From NCBI GenBank assembly GCA_001787535.1, contig MFXP01000006.1, positions 56,339-120,338 on the forward strand: DNA of 64,000 nucleotides, read 5' to 3'. The translations under genes and the position numbers were made by a program. The stretch's first letter is position 1. Each line of letters opens with the position of its first letter. The notes beneath the pieces are model-generated. The model worked only from the letters and a program-made list of their open reading frames with translations. It was not told the DNA's origin and made no database searches. Of the stretch, positions 7,342-17,050 are shown piece by piece. The stretch is from Candidatus Peribacteria bacterium RIFCSPHIGHO2_01_FULL_51_35 (GTDB taxonomy: Bacteria; Patescibacteriota; Gracilibacteria; Peribacterales; Peribacteraceae).

Positions 7342-9138
7342 CTACTTCCCCGAGCGTTTCCGTTCTGTCTCGGTGAGGAATTTCTTGCGGAGACGGATGC
7401 TCTTCGGCGTGATTTCGACCAGTTCGTCGTCGTCGATGTATTCCAACGCCTGCTCCAGTGTCATCGGCTGCACGGGAGTGAGCTGGATGGCCTCGTCCGT
7501 GCCGGACGCGCGCACGTTCGTGAGCTTCTTTCCTTTGGTGAGGTTCACGACCAGATCCTGATTCTTCGCGCTCTCTCCAATGATCATGCCTTCGTACATC
7601 ACGGTTCCGGGTGTGATGAACATCTGCCCGCGTTCCTCCAGTTTCCAAATGTCGTAGGCCGTAGCCGTGCCATTCAGCATGGAGATGATGGAACCGCGCG
7701 TGCGACCGGGCATGTCGCCTTTGTACGGTTCGTACATCAGGAATGAATGTGAGAGGATTCCCTCGCCACGCGTCTCGATGACGAAATCTCCACGGAAGCC
7801 CAGAAGTCCGCGTGTCGGTGCCTTGAATTCCATACGTGTGTGCGCAGCCTCCGTTTTCATATCCACAAGTTCCCCTTTGCGGCGACTGAGCATGTCGATG
7901 ATGCCGCCGGTGCATTCTTCCGGCACGTCGATGATCACTTGTTCCATGGGTTCCTCTTTGCCGCTCGGTCCTTCACGGAAGATCACCTGCGGACGGGAAA
8001 CTTGCAATTCAAATCCCTCGCGGCGCATGGATTCGAGCAAGACAGAGAGGTGCAATTCGCCGCGTCCGGAGACTTTGTAGGAATCCGAACCGGGGATCTC
8101 TTCTACGAGAAGACCGACGTTCGTTTCTTTTTCTTTCTCCAAGCGCGCTTTGATGTGTCGCGTCGTCACGAGCTTTCCTTCCTTTCCGGCGAACGGAGAA
8201 TTATTCACGAGGAACGTCATGGAGACGGTGGGAGGATCGATGTGGATGGCGGGCAACGCGGGGGCATTTTCATCGACGGTAATGGTCTCGCCCACGTAAA
8301 TATCCGGAATGCCCGCAATGATGACGATATCCCCTGCTTCGGCCTTTGGAACTTCCAAGCGGTTGATGCCTTGGTACTGGAAAATTTTCGAAATTTTGGC
8401 CGTACGCGTCTGCTTTCCGTCGCTCTTCACGAAGACTTTATCTCCGACACCGAGCGTTCCTTCAAACACGCGCCCGACTGCGAGACGACCGAGATAGTTA
8501 TCGTAATCCAAGCTGCTCGGCTGCATGCGAAAGTTCGCAGCGGTATTCTGTTCGGCCGGCTTCACCTTTTCCAAAATAAGATCGAAAAGCGGATTCAAGT
8601 TTGTGGATGTGTCTTCCAATTTTTTCTTTGCGATGCCCTCGCGCGCGATTGTGAACAGGTATGGGAAATCGAGCTGCTGATCGTTGGCTCCCAATTTCAC
8701 GAAGAGATCGAAGACCATGTCCACCACTTTCATGGGACGCGCGGCGGGCTTGTCGATTTTATTGATGATAACGATGGGCAAGATGCCGAGTTCCAAGGAT
8801 TTCTTCAGCACGAACTTGGTCTGCGGCATGGGTCCTTCTTGTGCATCGACCAGAAGCAAAACGGAGTCGACAGTGCGCAAAATACGCTCCACTTCGGAAC
8901 CAAAATCCGCATGGCCGGGCGTATCCACGATGTTGATTTTGCAATCTTTGTAGTGAATGGATGCGTTCTTCGCGTAGATCGTGATGCCACGCTCCTTCTC
9001 CTGCACATTGCTATCCATGATCAGCTCCCCCACTTGCTCGTGTGCCGCAAACGCGCCACCCTGTTTCAAAAGGGCGTCCACGAGCGTGGTTTTGCCGTGG
9101 TCCACGTGAGCAATAATAGCGATGTTACGTATGGTCAT
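7342..9138 (-). CDS. typA: translational GTPase TypA/BipA
   Basis: Start reassigned to [22 protein letters not shown]-domain motifs DTPGHADF and NKID, followed by EF-G-like domains. Confidence 0.95.
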   Translation of the reverse strand: MTIRNIAIIAHVDHGKTTLVDALLKQGGAFAAHEQVGELIMDSNVQEKERGITIYAKNASIHYKDCKINIVDTPGHADFGSEVERILRTVDSVLLLVDAQEGPMPQTKFVLKKSLELGILPIVIINKIDKPAARPMKVVDMVFDLFVKLGANDQQLDFPYLFTIAREGIAKKKLEDTSTNLNPLFDLILEKVKPAEQNTAANFRMQPSSLDYDNYLGRLAVGRVFEGTLGVGDKVFVKSDGKQTRTAKISKIFQYQGINRLEVPKAEAGDIVIIAGIPDIYVGETITVDENAPALPAIHIDPPTVSMTFLVNNSPFAGKEGKLVTTRHIKARLEKEKETNVGLLVEEIPGSDSYKVSGRGELHLSVLLESMRREGFELQVSRPQVIFREGPSGKEEPMEQVIIDVPEECTGGIIDMLSRRKGELVDMKTEAAHTRMEFKAPTRGLLGFRGDFVIETRGEGILSHSFLMYEPYKGDMPGRTRGSIISMLNGTATAYDIWKLEERGQMFITPGTVMYEGMIIGESAKNQDLVVNLTKGKKLTNVRASGTDEAIQLTPVQPMTLEQALEYIDDDELVEITPKSIRLRKKFLTETERKRSGK

Positions 9139-9308
9139 AATGAGGAGTGGCGACTTGCCTGTCCGAAACCCGAGCAAAGCGAGGGCGTAGGCAGGTGCTT
9201 CGGATGGTCATGAGATTTATCCGCCGAAGTTCAAAACGCAGGCGGACGCGATAAAGTAGCGTTTTGAAGCGATAAACACAACCCATGACCTTCAGCTATG
9301 CTTTCTCC

Positions 9309-10424
9309 ATGAAAGTAGCCCTTGTCCATGAACTCCTCACGATACGTGGTGGAGCTGAGCGGGTCTTGCGGATCCTTACAGAGATGTTCCCGGATGCGCC
9401 GATCTACACGCTTCTGTACGATGAAAAGAAACTCGGCGACTGGTTTCCGAAACACAGAGTTCGAGCTGCGAAGCTGCCTACCCCTTACTCCCTGCTCCCC
9501 ACCCCCTATCGTTACAACCATCACCTCTACCTAAAAACATTCCCGAAGACAGTGGAGTCCTGGGACTTCTCGGAATTTGATCTCGTGATCTCCACGTCCT
9601 CCGCGTTCGTGCACGGCATCATCACGAACGGAAAACCAAAGCATCTCTGCATCGTGAATTCTCCCGCACGGTATTTGTGGGATCGCACGCACGATGTGAT
9701 GCAGCAGCGCGGACTCTCCGCACCCATCATCAATCTCGCACTCAGTTCGATCTTCCATCGTTTAAGAATCTGGGATGCTGAAGCCGCCGATCGGCCGGAC
9801 ATGCTCCTGGCGGCATCCAAAGAAGTGCAGCGAAGAGTGGAACTCTACTGGAGACGCAAGAGTGATGTTCTCTATCCCCCACTGGATGATGGGTGGCTCA
9901 TGAAACCATTGTCGACTTCCGAACGATCGGATTATTTTTTGATCGTCTCGACGTTGGTTCCCTACAAACGCATCGATCTCGCGATTGCCGCGTGCAATGC
10001 ACTCGGGAAACAATTGAAGATCGTGGGAGAGGGACCCGACCTCCAAAGACTCCGGAAAATGGCCGGTACCACCATCGAATTTTTGGGATATCGATCGCAT
10101 CAAGAACTGTGCGATCTTTACGCAAGCGCACGCGCCGTTCTTTTCCCCGGTGAAGAAGATTTCGGTCTCGTCCCTTTGGAGGCAATGGCCTGCGACACAC
10201 CGGTCATCGCCTATGGCAAAGGAGGAGCATTGGAAACGATCGTTGATGGAAAAACAGGCATCTTCTTCCGGGAGCCGACCGCTGATTCTCTGGGAGAAGC
10301 CTTGCAGCAATCGGAGAGCATGGCATTCGATCGCAACCACATGCGGGAGCACGTGCAACAATTTTCACGTACACGTTTCGAGCAAGAGCTGAAAAAACAT
10401 ATAGATGCACTATCCCAAGAATAG
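9309..10424 (+). CDS. glycosyltransferase, GT4 (GT-B fold) family
   Basis: MKVALVHELLTIRGGAERVL N-terminus. C-terminal EEDFGLVPLEAMACDTPVIA (E-x7-E type motif). Confidence 0.85.
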   Translation: MKVALVHELLTIRGGAERVLRILTEMFPDAPIYTLLYDEKKLGDWFPKHRVRAAKLPTPYSLLPTPYRYNHHLYLKTFPKTVESWDFSEFDLVISTSSAFVHGIITNGKPKHLCIVNSPARYLWDRTHDVMQQRGLSAPIINLALSSIFHRLRIWDAEAADRPDMLLAASKEVQRRVELYWRRKSDVLYPPLDDGWLMKPLSTSERSDYFLIVSTLVPYKRIDLAIAACNALGKQLKIVGEGPDLQRLRKMAGTTIEFLGYRSHQELCDLYASARAVLFPGEEDFGLVPLEAMACDTPVIAYGKGGALETIVDGKTGIFFREPTADSLGEALQQSESMAFDRNHMREHVQQFSRTRFEQELKKHIDALSQE

Positions 10425-10458
10425 GGAAAGCGCAGTAGACAAGAAAAGAAGGACGGAG

Positions 10459-10660
10459 GGGTGGCGCGCCACCCACTTACGTCTGCGGACTCCGGTGGGC
10501 AGGGGGGGGTGAAGTGGATCGCCGCCTTGAAAAATTTCCGTAGCGCAACTTGACGAAGCGGAGCGCCCGAAAAATGCATGTTTGAGGCTGAGCGGAGCGA
10601 AGCCGAGTTTTGCATTTTTCAGCGGAGCGAGCCATTGTTGCGCAGGAAATTTTTCAGAGC
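10459..10660. repeat. composite nested palindromic repeat locus
   Basis: Shares ggtggcgcgccac...ggggggtgaag with 47929/59004 and gccgccttgaaaaatttccgtagcgcaacttg with 58950-58987. It also holds a reverse-oriented GC-rich R2-type element (cccacttacgtctgcggactccggtgggcagg). Internal inverted repeats occur at 10526-10555/10633-10658 and 10570-10588/10605-10620. Confidence 0.65.
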
Positions 10661-10784
10661 GGCATGTTTTCTTTGCTCCACTTTCTTGTGCGCCACAAGA
10701 AAGTGGAAACCCTTAAAGGGCAACAGCTGGGAGTCAGCAATCATGAATTGACTCCCATCGTTCTTCCTCTCATACTCCCTCCCC

Positions 10785-11354
10785 ATGGAGAAAAAAATAA
10801 TCTACATAACGGCTGCGCTGTTTGTCCTCATTCCCTTGGGAATGTACGTGGCCGCCGCCGTGCGTACCGAGAGCTCTGAAACGGGAGCACAAATCGTCGG
10901 TGCTCTGGAAACCTATGAACATCCTAAATTGAATTTCTCGGTGGATCATCCGAAAGCGTGGACAATCCAGTCCGAAGCAAAGGGTGTGTATTTTCTCTCT
11001 CCGAAATTGGAAAGCCTGGATGTGGTGCAGGAAACCATCAGCGTGCTTGTGGAACCTCTGCCGGACGATGTGGAGACGCAGGAGCAATACACCAAAAAAG
11101 CATTGGATGAGATTGCGGAACTTTCGAATTACACGATGATGGAATCCAAACGCGTGAGCTTCGCCGGCCTTCGCGGCCACACCATCACCTACCAAGCAAC
11201 CATCCAAAATAATCTGATTCAATTTCGACAGGCCTGGGTCATCTACAAAGGAAAATCGTATTTGATGACATTGGCCTCGCCTCCAAACACGTTTGCCAAC
11301 TTCGAGCGGGTTTTCGGTCGCGTGATCAAGTCCTTGAAGATCGAGGGAGCATAG
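10785..11354 (+). CDS. secreted hypothetical protein (PsbP/DcrB-like fold suspected)
   Basis: 189 aa with a signal/TM segment. It is a paralog of the next gene (shared F.V.HP..W...,..Q.WVI...K.Y..T.A....F..F...F..++.SLKI pattern). Confidence 0.6.
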   Translation: MEKKIIYITAALFVLIPLGMYVAAAVRTESSETGAQIVGALETYEHPKLNFSVDHPKAWTIQSEAKGVYFLSPKLESLDVVQETISVLVEPLPDDVETQEQYTKKALDEIAELSNYTMMESKRVSFAGLRGHTITYQATIQNNLIQFRQAWVIYKGKSYLMTLASPPNTFANFERVFGRVIKSLKIEGA

Positions 11355-11422
11355 ACAAACATCGATGCTCGCATGCAAATGCTGTTGCCTCGCCACGACA
11401 ACACTCTTACCATTCCGTGCAT

Positions 11423-12055
11423 ATGCGCTTACTTTCCGCTCTCCTTCTCTTCATCGCCCTGCTTTTTCCGCTTGCGACGGAAGCAGCCGGTTCGTACGGC
11501 GTACCCGAGTCCGTTTCACGAGGACGCATGTCCAACAGAAGCTTGCGGGGAAAGACGCGAGGTACCATGAAAAAAGTGAACGTGCGCGCTGCAAAACCTT
11601 CGCTTATCGCGCGACACATGAGGACATACAAGAATGAACCATACGGCATCACCATTGGGTATCCGTCGGATTGGGAAGTGAAAGACAATCACATGAATAC
11701 GATTGTGTCCTTTATTTCCCCCCTTGCGGATTCCGGTGACGCGCTGACGGAGAATATGAATATTCTGGTGGAAGACGCGAAAGAATCCTTGGAAGCTTCG
11801 ACACGCGCTGCGCTGGAAGAACTCAAAGTCATCGAAAATTTCAAACTGGTGTCTTCCGAGTCTCCGGTGATCGATTACAAATCGGCAAAGGCGCTCGTCT
11901 ACACGGCAAGCAACAGTCCTCTGCTCAAGTTCAAGCAAGTATGGGTCATCCACAATGACCGACTCTACATCTTCACGTTCGCCGCCTCCGCCGTGGATTT
12001 CCGCGAGTATGCGAAAATCTTCGATAAGATGCTCGGAACGTTGAAGATTCAGTGA
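11423..12055 (+). CDS. secreted hypothetical protein, tandem paralog of 10785..11354
   Basis: MRLLSALLLFIALLFPLATEA signal peptide. YGITIGYPSDWEV...KQVWVIHNDRLYIFTFAASAVDF parallels the upstream gene. Confidence 0.6.
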   Translation: MRLLSALLLFIALLFPLATEAAGSYGVPESVSRGRMSNRSLRGKTRGTMKKVNVRAAKPSLIARHMRTYKNEPYGITIGYPSDWEVKDNHMNTIVSFISPLADSGDALTENMNILVEDAKESLEASTRAALEELKVIENFKLVSSESPVIDYKSAKALVYTASNSPLLKFKQVWVIHNDRLYIFTFAASAVDFREYAKIFDKMLGTLKIQ

Positions 12056-12056
12056 A

Positions 12057-13100
12057 TCAGAGCAACGAAATCTGCGCTCCTTTGGGAACCTCTCGTCCAA
12101 ACTTTTCGTACGCACGCTTCGTGACTGTGCGACCTTTGGAGGTGCGATCCAAGTAGCCCTGTTGGAGCAGGAATGGTTCGTACACGTCTTCCACGGTGTC
12201 TTGTTCCTCCGCGAGCATGGCAGCGATGGTTGTGAGTCCCACGGGACCGCCGCCGAAATTGTCGATGATGGCAAGAAGGATCTGGCGATCAGTTGCGTCC
12301 AGTCCATCATGATCGATCTCCAATGATGTGAGGGTTGCATCCACGCAAGCCAAGTCGATGGATGCGCGCTTTTGGACTTGTGCGTAATCGCGGACGGAGC
12401 GAATGAGTCTGTTTGCAATACGTGGCGTTGCCCGCGCGGCGGATGCAATGCGGAAGGCCGCGTTGCTTTGCAAGTCGATACTCAGGATGCGCGCGGAACG
12501 TTCCACGATTTGATGCATTTCCGCGGGTTCGTAGAATCCCAGTTTGAAATGATGTAGGAACCTGTCCCGCAGCGGTGCGCTCATGGATCCTGACTTCGTC
12601 GTCGCGGCGATCAGCGTGAAAGGCTTGATCTGCAGGCGCATCGATCGTGCGGTGGGGCCTTTGCCGATCATGAGGTCGAGTGCGAAATCTTCCATGGCTC
12701 CGTACAAAATTTCTTCGACGATGGGACGCATACGGTGCACTTCATCGATAAAGAGCACATCGCCCTGCTGCAGGTTGGTGAGGATCGATGCGAGATCGCC
12801 CGGCTTTTCGAGGACAGGTCCGCTCGTGATGCGCAGCTGCGCATTCATTTCTTTTGCGATGATGTGCGCGAGCGTTGTTTTGCCGAGCCCCGGAGGGCCA
12901 TGCAGCAATGTGTGGCCGAGCGGTTCGGATCGTGTCCGTGCCGCTTCTATGTGTACCAGCAAATGTCCTTTGATCTTCGCCTGTCCCACATACTCGGAAA
13001 TACGCTGCGGCCGAAGGGTCTGTTCGTAGTCCGTGTTCTCCTCCTTCATCACCTGCGGCGTCACCGCGCTCTTGGCCTGCTGCGTTCGCTTGATGACCAT
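12057..13100 (-). CDS. ruvB: Holliday junction branch migration helicase RuvB
   Basis: LRPQRISEYVGQ..., Walker A GPPGLGKTTLA, DEVHR (Walker B) and a winged-helix C-terminus. TATCAT lies 6 nt upstream of the ATG. Confidence 0.95.
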   Translation of the reverse strand: MVIKRTQQAKSAVTPQVMKEENTDYEQTLRPQRISEYVGQAKIKGHLLVHIEAARTRSEPLGHTLLHGPPGLGKTTLAHIIAKEMNAQLRITSGPVLEKPGDLASILTNLQQGDVLFIDEVHRMRPIVEEILYGAMEDFALDLMIGKGPTARSMRLQIKPFTLIAATTKSGSMSAPLRDRFLHHFKLGFYEPAEMHQIVERSARILSIDLQSNAAFRIASAARATPRIANRLIRSVRDYAQVQKRASIDLACVDATLTSLEIDHDGLDATDRQILLAIIDNFGGGPVGLTTIAAMLAEEQDTVEDVYEPFLLQQGYLDRTSKGRTVTKRAYEKFGREVPKGAQISLL

Positions 13101-13185
13101 GGACAGATGATAGCAGAGACAAGATCCTTTATCCTTTTGATTTTAAGCAGTGTTATACTATGCACCTGTGTCTACGCAGAAACTC

Positions 13186-13782
13186 ATGGTCGGCGGCGGG
13201 TTGCTCCTGGGACTTGTCCTCCTTGGCATTGCCGATGCGCTGATCACGAGGAATTTCATCATGTTGCCGGAAACCGATGCGGAGGAAGTGATCCCGATTG
13301 TCGAGCAACCGGGCGTGGCGCCTGCACAGCCGGAATCCGACACCGGCGGTGTACGAAAACTCTCAGGGCCGAATATTGAGGAAACACTCGCAAGTCTTTC
13401 GCTGGCATCCACTGCGACGGAGCAAATGAGCATCATCCGCCGCGTCATTCCGGAAAAAATTCCCGTCACGACCATAGTTGTCATGAAAGACGGTGATCGT
13501 GTGGGATTGCTCTCCTCCACGGAATCACCCCAAGTGAAAACCTATTTCCTCGCCCTCAAGGAAGCGCTGCACACCTCATTCACACCAGACATGCGGGAAC
13601 TGGTGGATGAAACGCAGCAACGGCCGGGGCACCCTGTCCGGAATTTCCTCACGTTCTTCGATCCCGGCATCGACACCGAACGTTTGGTGTTCGTCCGCGT
13701 CCGCGAGCGGCTGTATGAATTCCATATTGCGGAAGGCAAAGACGACGATATGTTCGCTGTCATTGAGGCACTCACAAACTGA
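13186..13782 (+). CDS. hypothetical membrane-anchored protein
   Basis: ATG at 13186 (MVGGGLLLGLVLLGIADAL TM). A GTG alternative exists at 13150. No known motif. Confidence 0.5.
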   Translation: MVGGGLLLGLVLLGIADALITRNFIMLPETDAEEVIPIVEQPGVAPAQPESDTGGVRKLSGPNIEETLASLSLASTATEQMSIIRRVIPEKIPVTTIVVMKDGDRVGLLSSTESPQVKTYFLALKEALHTSFTPDMRELVDETQQRPGHPVRNFLTFFDPGIDTERLVFVRVRERLYEFHIAEGKDDDMFAVIEALTN

Positions 13783-13808
13783 ACGTTTCTCATTCATCAT
13801 CTATTATC

Positions 13809-14291
13809 ATGGGGAAAAAAAATGACAACGAGGCACAAAAGGATTCGACATCGGCATCCGCTGATGCCGGTTCTAACGTTCCCGGCACGCCCGTCCAAGC
13901 GGTTCTGAGCGAAGCCGGAGCGACGGTGGGCTACATCTTTCGATGCGTGGGAAAAGGAAGAGTTGATGCCAACGGCAAAACCATCGAATTCATCCCCGAA
14001 GATGGCGAGACACTCGATCCAGAGCATCTCGAAATTCTGCAACGTGTGACAGCAAAAATCCGTGAAAAAGCAGGATTTCTTCACTATGGAAAAAGTGCGC
14101 CGCATATCGTTGCAGAACCACCCTATTCTCGGGATGATCTCACCGCAGTAGGCAATACAATTGGTCAAATTTCCGACGGTGAACTCTATTTTTCCATCGA
14201 TGCAGAGTACCTTTCGCATCGGCTGCCTGCCTTCGGTTTGGAGGATTTGCTGAAACGGTATGCTCCGGAAAACCTTCCAAACGAAGCATAA
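13809..14291 (+). CDS. hypothetical protein (160 aa)
   Basis: ATG ORF filling the gap upstream of rplK. It is not NusG-like by eye. Confidence 0.5.
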   Translation: MGKKNDNEAQKDSTSASADAGSNVPGTPVQAVLSEAGATVGYIFRCVGKGRVDANGKTIEFIPEDGETLDPEHLEILQRVTAKIREKAGFLHYGKSAPHIVAEPPYSRDDLTAVGNTIGQISDGELYFSIDAEYLSHRLPAFGLEDLLKRYAPENLPNEA

Positions 14292-14336
14292 TCCTCCATT
14301 GACCGTACAAAGATCTTTCCATACACTGCCGCGGCT

Positions 14337-14762
14337 ATGGCAAAGGCGATTAAGAAAGTCATCAAAGTGCAAGCACGCGGCGGACAAGCGAATCCCGCCC
14401 CTCCGTTGGGACCTGCGCTCGGCCAGGCCGGTGTGGACATCAATGGTTTTTGCACGAAATTCAACGAGCAGACGAAGGACAGAAAAGGACAACTCGTTCC
14501 AGTGGAGATCACCGTATACGAAGATCGTTCGTTCTCGTTCAAACTGAAGCAGCCGCCGGCAGCCACGTTGATTATGGAGCGTGCGAAGATAGAAAAAGGA
14601 AGCGGCGAGCCGAACAAGAACAAAGTCGGCAAGATCACGAAGGCGCAGCTCAAGGAAATCGCAGAGATCAAAATGCCGGACTTGAACGCAACGGATTTGG
14701 AAGGAGCCATGCTGATCATTGCAGGATCTGCGCGAAGCATGGGAGTGACGGTGGAGGGTTGA
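14337..14762 (+). CDS. rplK: 50S ribosomal protein L11
   Basis: [46 protein letters not shown] is the canonical L11 N-terminus. Confidence 0.97.
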   Translation: MAKAIKKVIKVQARGGQANPAPPLGPALGQAGVDINGFCTKFNEQTKDRKGQLVPVEITVYEDRSFSFKLKQPPAATLIMERAKIEKGSGEPNKNKVGKITKAQLKEIAEIKMPDLNATDLEGAMLIIAGSARSMGVTVEG

Positions 14763-14765
14763 TTC

Positions 14766-14842
14766 ATTACTCGTTACTAGCATATGTTCGTTACTCGTTT
14801 TTTGTGTATCTGAACGAGTAACGAGTGAACGAGTAACGAGCA
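14766..14842. repeat. long hairpin with heptamer-periodic arms (ACTCGTT/AACGAGT)
   Basis: ttactcgttactag..gttcgttactcgtt - loop - aacgagtaacgagtgaacgagtaacgag, immediately after the rplK stop. Confidence 0.75.
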
Positions 14843-14960
14843 ACAAATGATCAAAAAAATGCAGGGCAAGGAATACGACCACGTAACATTGATTTAAGGC
14901 TGCAATCGCTTTCGAGAATCGAAAGACGTACGCTACCTTCCAACTCTTCCCCTTTGAGAT

Positions 14961-15536
14961 ATGTTCGAAGCACCCTCTGCACTCTTTAGCGGAGTTGGAA
15001 TGTTCTACGGCCTGACATTGCCGATCGGAATCCTCCTGCTCATCACTGTTCTCTTTGTTCCCAGCCTGGCGCACAGCGCCGGCGTGAAGCCCATGGCACT
15101 CGGCAAGGCGGTCTACTCTTATTTGCTGCAAGCCACCGGCATTTTGCTGATGACGCTCGGCGGACTCCCCGCCCTCTACAGCGTCGTTGCACGCACCCAG
15201 TACGAAGCCAGCGCCTATTTGGGGTTGCTCGTCCTCTTTGCCTGCGGAGGATTCACCTTCCTCTGGCATGACCATGCTGCTCGCGACTTGGAACCCGCTG
15301 CACGCGCTGTCCCGCATGCCATCTACTTGTTCACATTCAAGATGATGGGATACGTGCTTACGTTGCTTTCGATCCTTTCGCTGGTGCTTACTATCCTCCT
15401 GGGCATGCCGAGCGAACCCAACTGGTGGATCATGCCGACGCTGCTACTGCTCGATGGCTTGCTCCTTTCCTGGTGCACGCGGGATCAGAAGGCTCCGTCT
15501 CCTTTCAAGGCTCCGGCCAAAGGGAAGAAGAAATAG
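14961..15536 (+). CDS. hypothetical integral membrane protein (about 5-6 TM)
   Basis: 191 aa and strongly hydrophobic. It lies between rplK and rplA. Confidence 0.6.
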   Translation: MFEAPSALFSGVGMFYGLTLPIGILLLITVLFVPSLAHSAGVKPMALGKAVYSYLLQATGILLMTLGGLPALYSVVARTQYEASAYLGLLVLFACGGFTFLWHDHAARDLEPAARAVPHAIYLFTFKMMGYVLTLLSILSLVLTILLGMPSEPNWWIMPTLLLLDGLLLSWCTRDQKAPSPFKAPAKGKKK

Positions 15537-15545
15537 GACTTTATG

Positions 15546-15596
15546 AATGACCAATGACCTGCCTGCCGGTAGGCAGGCGCAATGACCAATGACCAA
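15546..15596. repeat. AATGACC-family repeat arm (left flank of four-helix-bundle cassette)
   Basis: aatgaccaatgacc[tgcctgccggtaggcaggcg]caatgaccaatgaccaa is the reverse complement of the 16120-16149 core. Confidence 0.8.
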
Positions 15597-15610
15597 CTTG
15601 CTATTTTGAT

Positions 15611-15997
15611 TTATTTCTTAGCAAGATGCTCGAAGCCGGTTCTGCGCACGATAGCATTAAAGATGAGGACAAATTCATTGGCTTCTTTCCAAAGTTCTCG
15701 GCATCTGATCTTGAGAGACTCCGAAAGTCCATCGGAAAGAAGTTCCAGCCAATGACACGATTCTTTAGATTCCTTTCTGCAAATTTTTATGATGTTTGCA
15801 AAATCCCTTCGGCTTACTGCTTCATCTGCTTCTCTATAGTTGGCACCAACGGAACCAGAAGAACGAAGCAACTGTTTTATATCATCAGCATTGATAATGC
15901 TGATTGGAATTGATCGGGCAAAAGCGCGAACGTTTTTCCCAAACAGAGTTGTTCGTTTCTTTAAATCGAAAGTTTTCTTCGAAGGGAGTTCTTGCAT
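15611..15997 (-). CDS. four-helix-bundle protein (23S rRNA intervening-sequence protein family)
   Basis: QLLRSSGSVGANYREADEAVSRRDFANIIKICRKESKESCHWLELL matches the family signature (LLRS.tSIGANy.EA...S..DF..K..I..KE..E..yWL.LL). Confidence 0.85.
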   Translation of the reverse strand: MQELPSKKTFDLKKRTTLFGKNVRAFARSIPISIINADDIKQLLRSSGSVGANYREADEAVSRRDFANIIKICRKESKESCHWLELLSDGLSESLKIRCRELWKEANEFVLIFNAIVRRTGFEHLAKK

Positions 15998-16119
15998 GAA
16001 ATCATCCTATATTGTGCTTATGGAATCGAAAATAGGGATATCTCTATGTCATTTTCATAACCTTCTTTTTTTGACTTACAGCAATGCTAAATTAAGTTCT
16101 ATAGCATGGCAGAACCCCC

Positions 16120-16149
16120 TTGGTCATTGGTCTATGGTCATTGGTCATT
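16120..16149. repeat. GGTCATT-family 30-nt core (right flank of cassette)
   Basis: TTGGTCATTGGTCTATGGTCATTGGTCATT is identical to 62713-62742. Confidence 0.9.
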
Positions 16150-16281
16150 TGCCAAAAGGATCTCGTTTAGCGCTTGCATTTACGAAGTAAAACCCTGATA
16201 CTCTGCGTCCGTTCGTGGGAGCCTCTAATCCTTAGGCGTTACGATCCTTCCCGGATCTCCTACCACGTTCTCCTCATCGTT

Positions 16282-16983
16282 ATGACCTCCAAGCAGAGTC
16301 CCCTCGCACGTCGTCGAGGCAAAAAGTACGCCGAGAAAAAAGCACTCGTCACGAAACCCATTCTCCCGCTCGCAGAAGCCGTGGAACTTTTGACCAAGCT
16401 CTCCACAACCAAGTTCGATGCGACGGCGGAAGCGCACATCCGTATTTTCGCGGACACCACACAGGCCGATCAACTCGTGCGCACCACGGTGATCCTTCCA
16501 CATGGTACGGGACAAAACGTGCGCGTTGCAGCCTTCGTGCCGGATGACCAGATTGATGAAGCGAAAAAAGCAGGAGCGGACCTCGCGGGCAATGAAGATT
16601 TGATCAAGCAGATCACCGATGGAAAAATCGATTTCGATATTGCCGTCGCCAGCCCCAAGATCATGAAAGACTTGGGAAAGATCGCAAAGACACTGGGTCA
16701 GAAAGGATTGATGCCATCACCGAAGGCAGGAACCGTCACGGAAAAGATCGGCAAGACCGTGCAGGAACTGAAGAAAGGCCGCATCGAATGCAAGATGGAC
16801 AAGCAGGGCATCATCCACACGGTGTTCGGAAGAATTTCCTTCGGCGGAAAAAAACTGGAGGAAAATCTCACGGCTCTCCTGGGTGCAATAAAAGAAGCGC
16901 GCCCGAACGGCATCAAAGGAGAATACATTGCATCCGTCTTCATCACCCCAACCATGGGACCGGGAGTGAAAGTGCAACTCTAA
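16282..16983 (+). CDS. rplA: 50S ribosomal protein L1
   Basis: Start reassigned to ATG 16282 (MTSKQSPLARRRGKKY...). FDATAEAHIRI, LPHGTGQNVRVAAF and KGLMPSPKAGTVT are L1 hallmarks. Confidence 0.95.
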   Translation: MTSKQSPLARRRGKKYAEKKALVTKPILPLAEAVELLTKLSTTKFDATAEAHIRIFADTTQADQLVRTTVILPHGTGQNVRVAAFVPDDQIDEAKKAGADLAGNEDLIKQITDGKIDFDIAVASPKIMKDLGKIAKTLGQKGLMPSPKAGTVTEKIGKTVQELKKGRIECKMDKQGIIHTVFGRISFGGKKLEENLTALLGAIKEARPNGIKGEYIASVFITPTMGPGVKVQL

Positions 16984-16984
16984 A

Positions 16985-17048
16985 GATAGAAGACTCAAGA
17001 TGTAAGACATAAGTTTTCTTAAGTCCTGTGTCTTATAGCTTATGTCTT
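16985..17048. repeat. hairpin with heptamer-periodic arms (AAGACAT type) between convergent rplA and dusB
   Basis: agatagaagactcaagatgtaagacataag - ttttc - ttaagtcctgtgtcttatagcttatgtctt. Confidence 0.7.
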
Positions 17049-17050
17049 CA

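Noticed and set aside
7840-9213. 457-aa plus-strand ORF
   Set aside because: It is antisense to the clearly identifiable typA GTPase and has low-complexity, Arg/His/Phe-rich composition. It is a shadow ORF.
13797-15317. 506-aa minus-strand ORF
   Set aside because: It runs antisense across the hypothetical gene, rplK, a repeat hairpin and a membrane-protein gene. Its composition is Arg/Cys/His-rich and protein-unlike, and rplK on the + strand is unambiguous. It is a shadow ORF.
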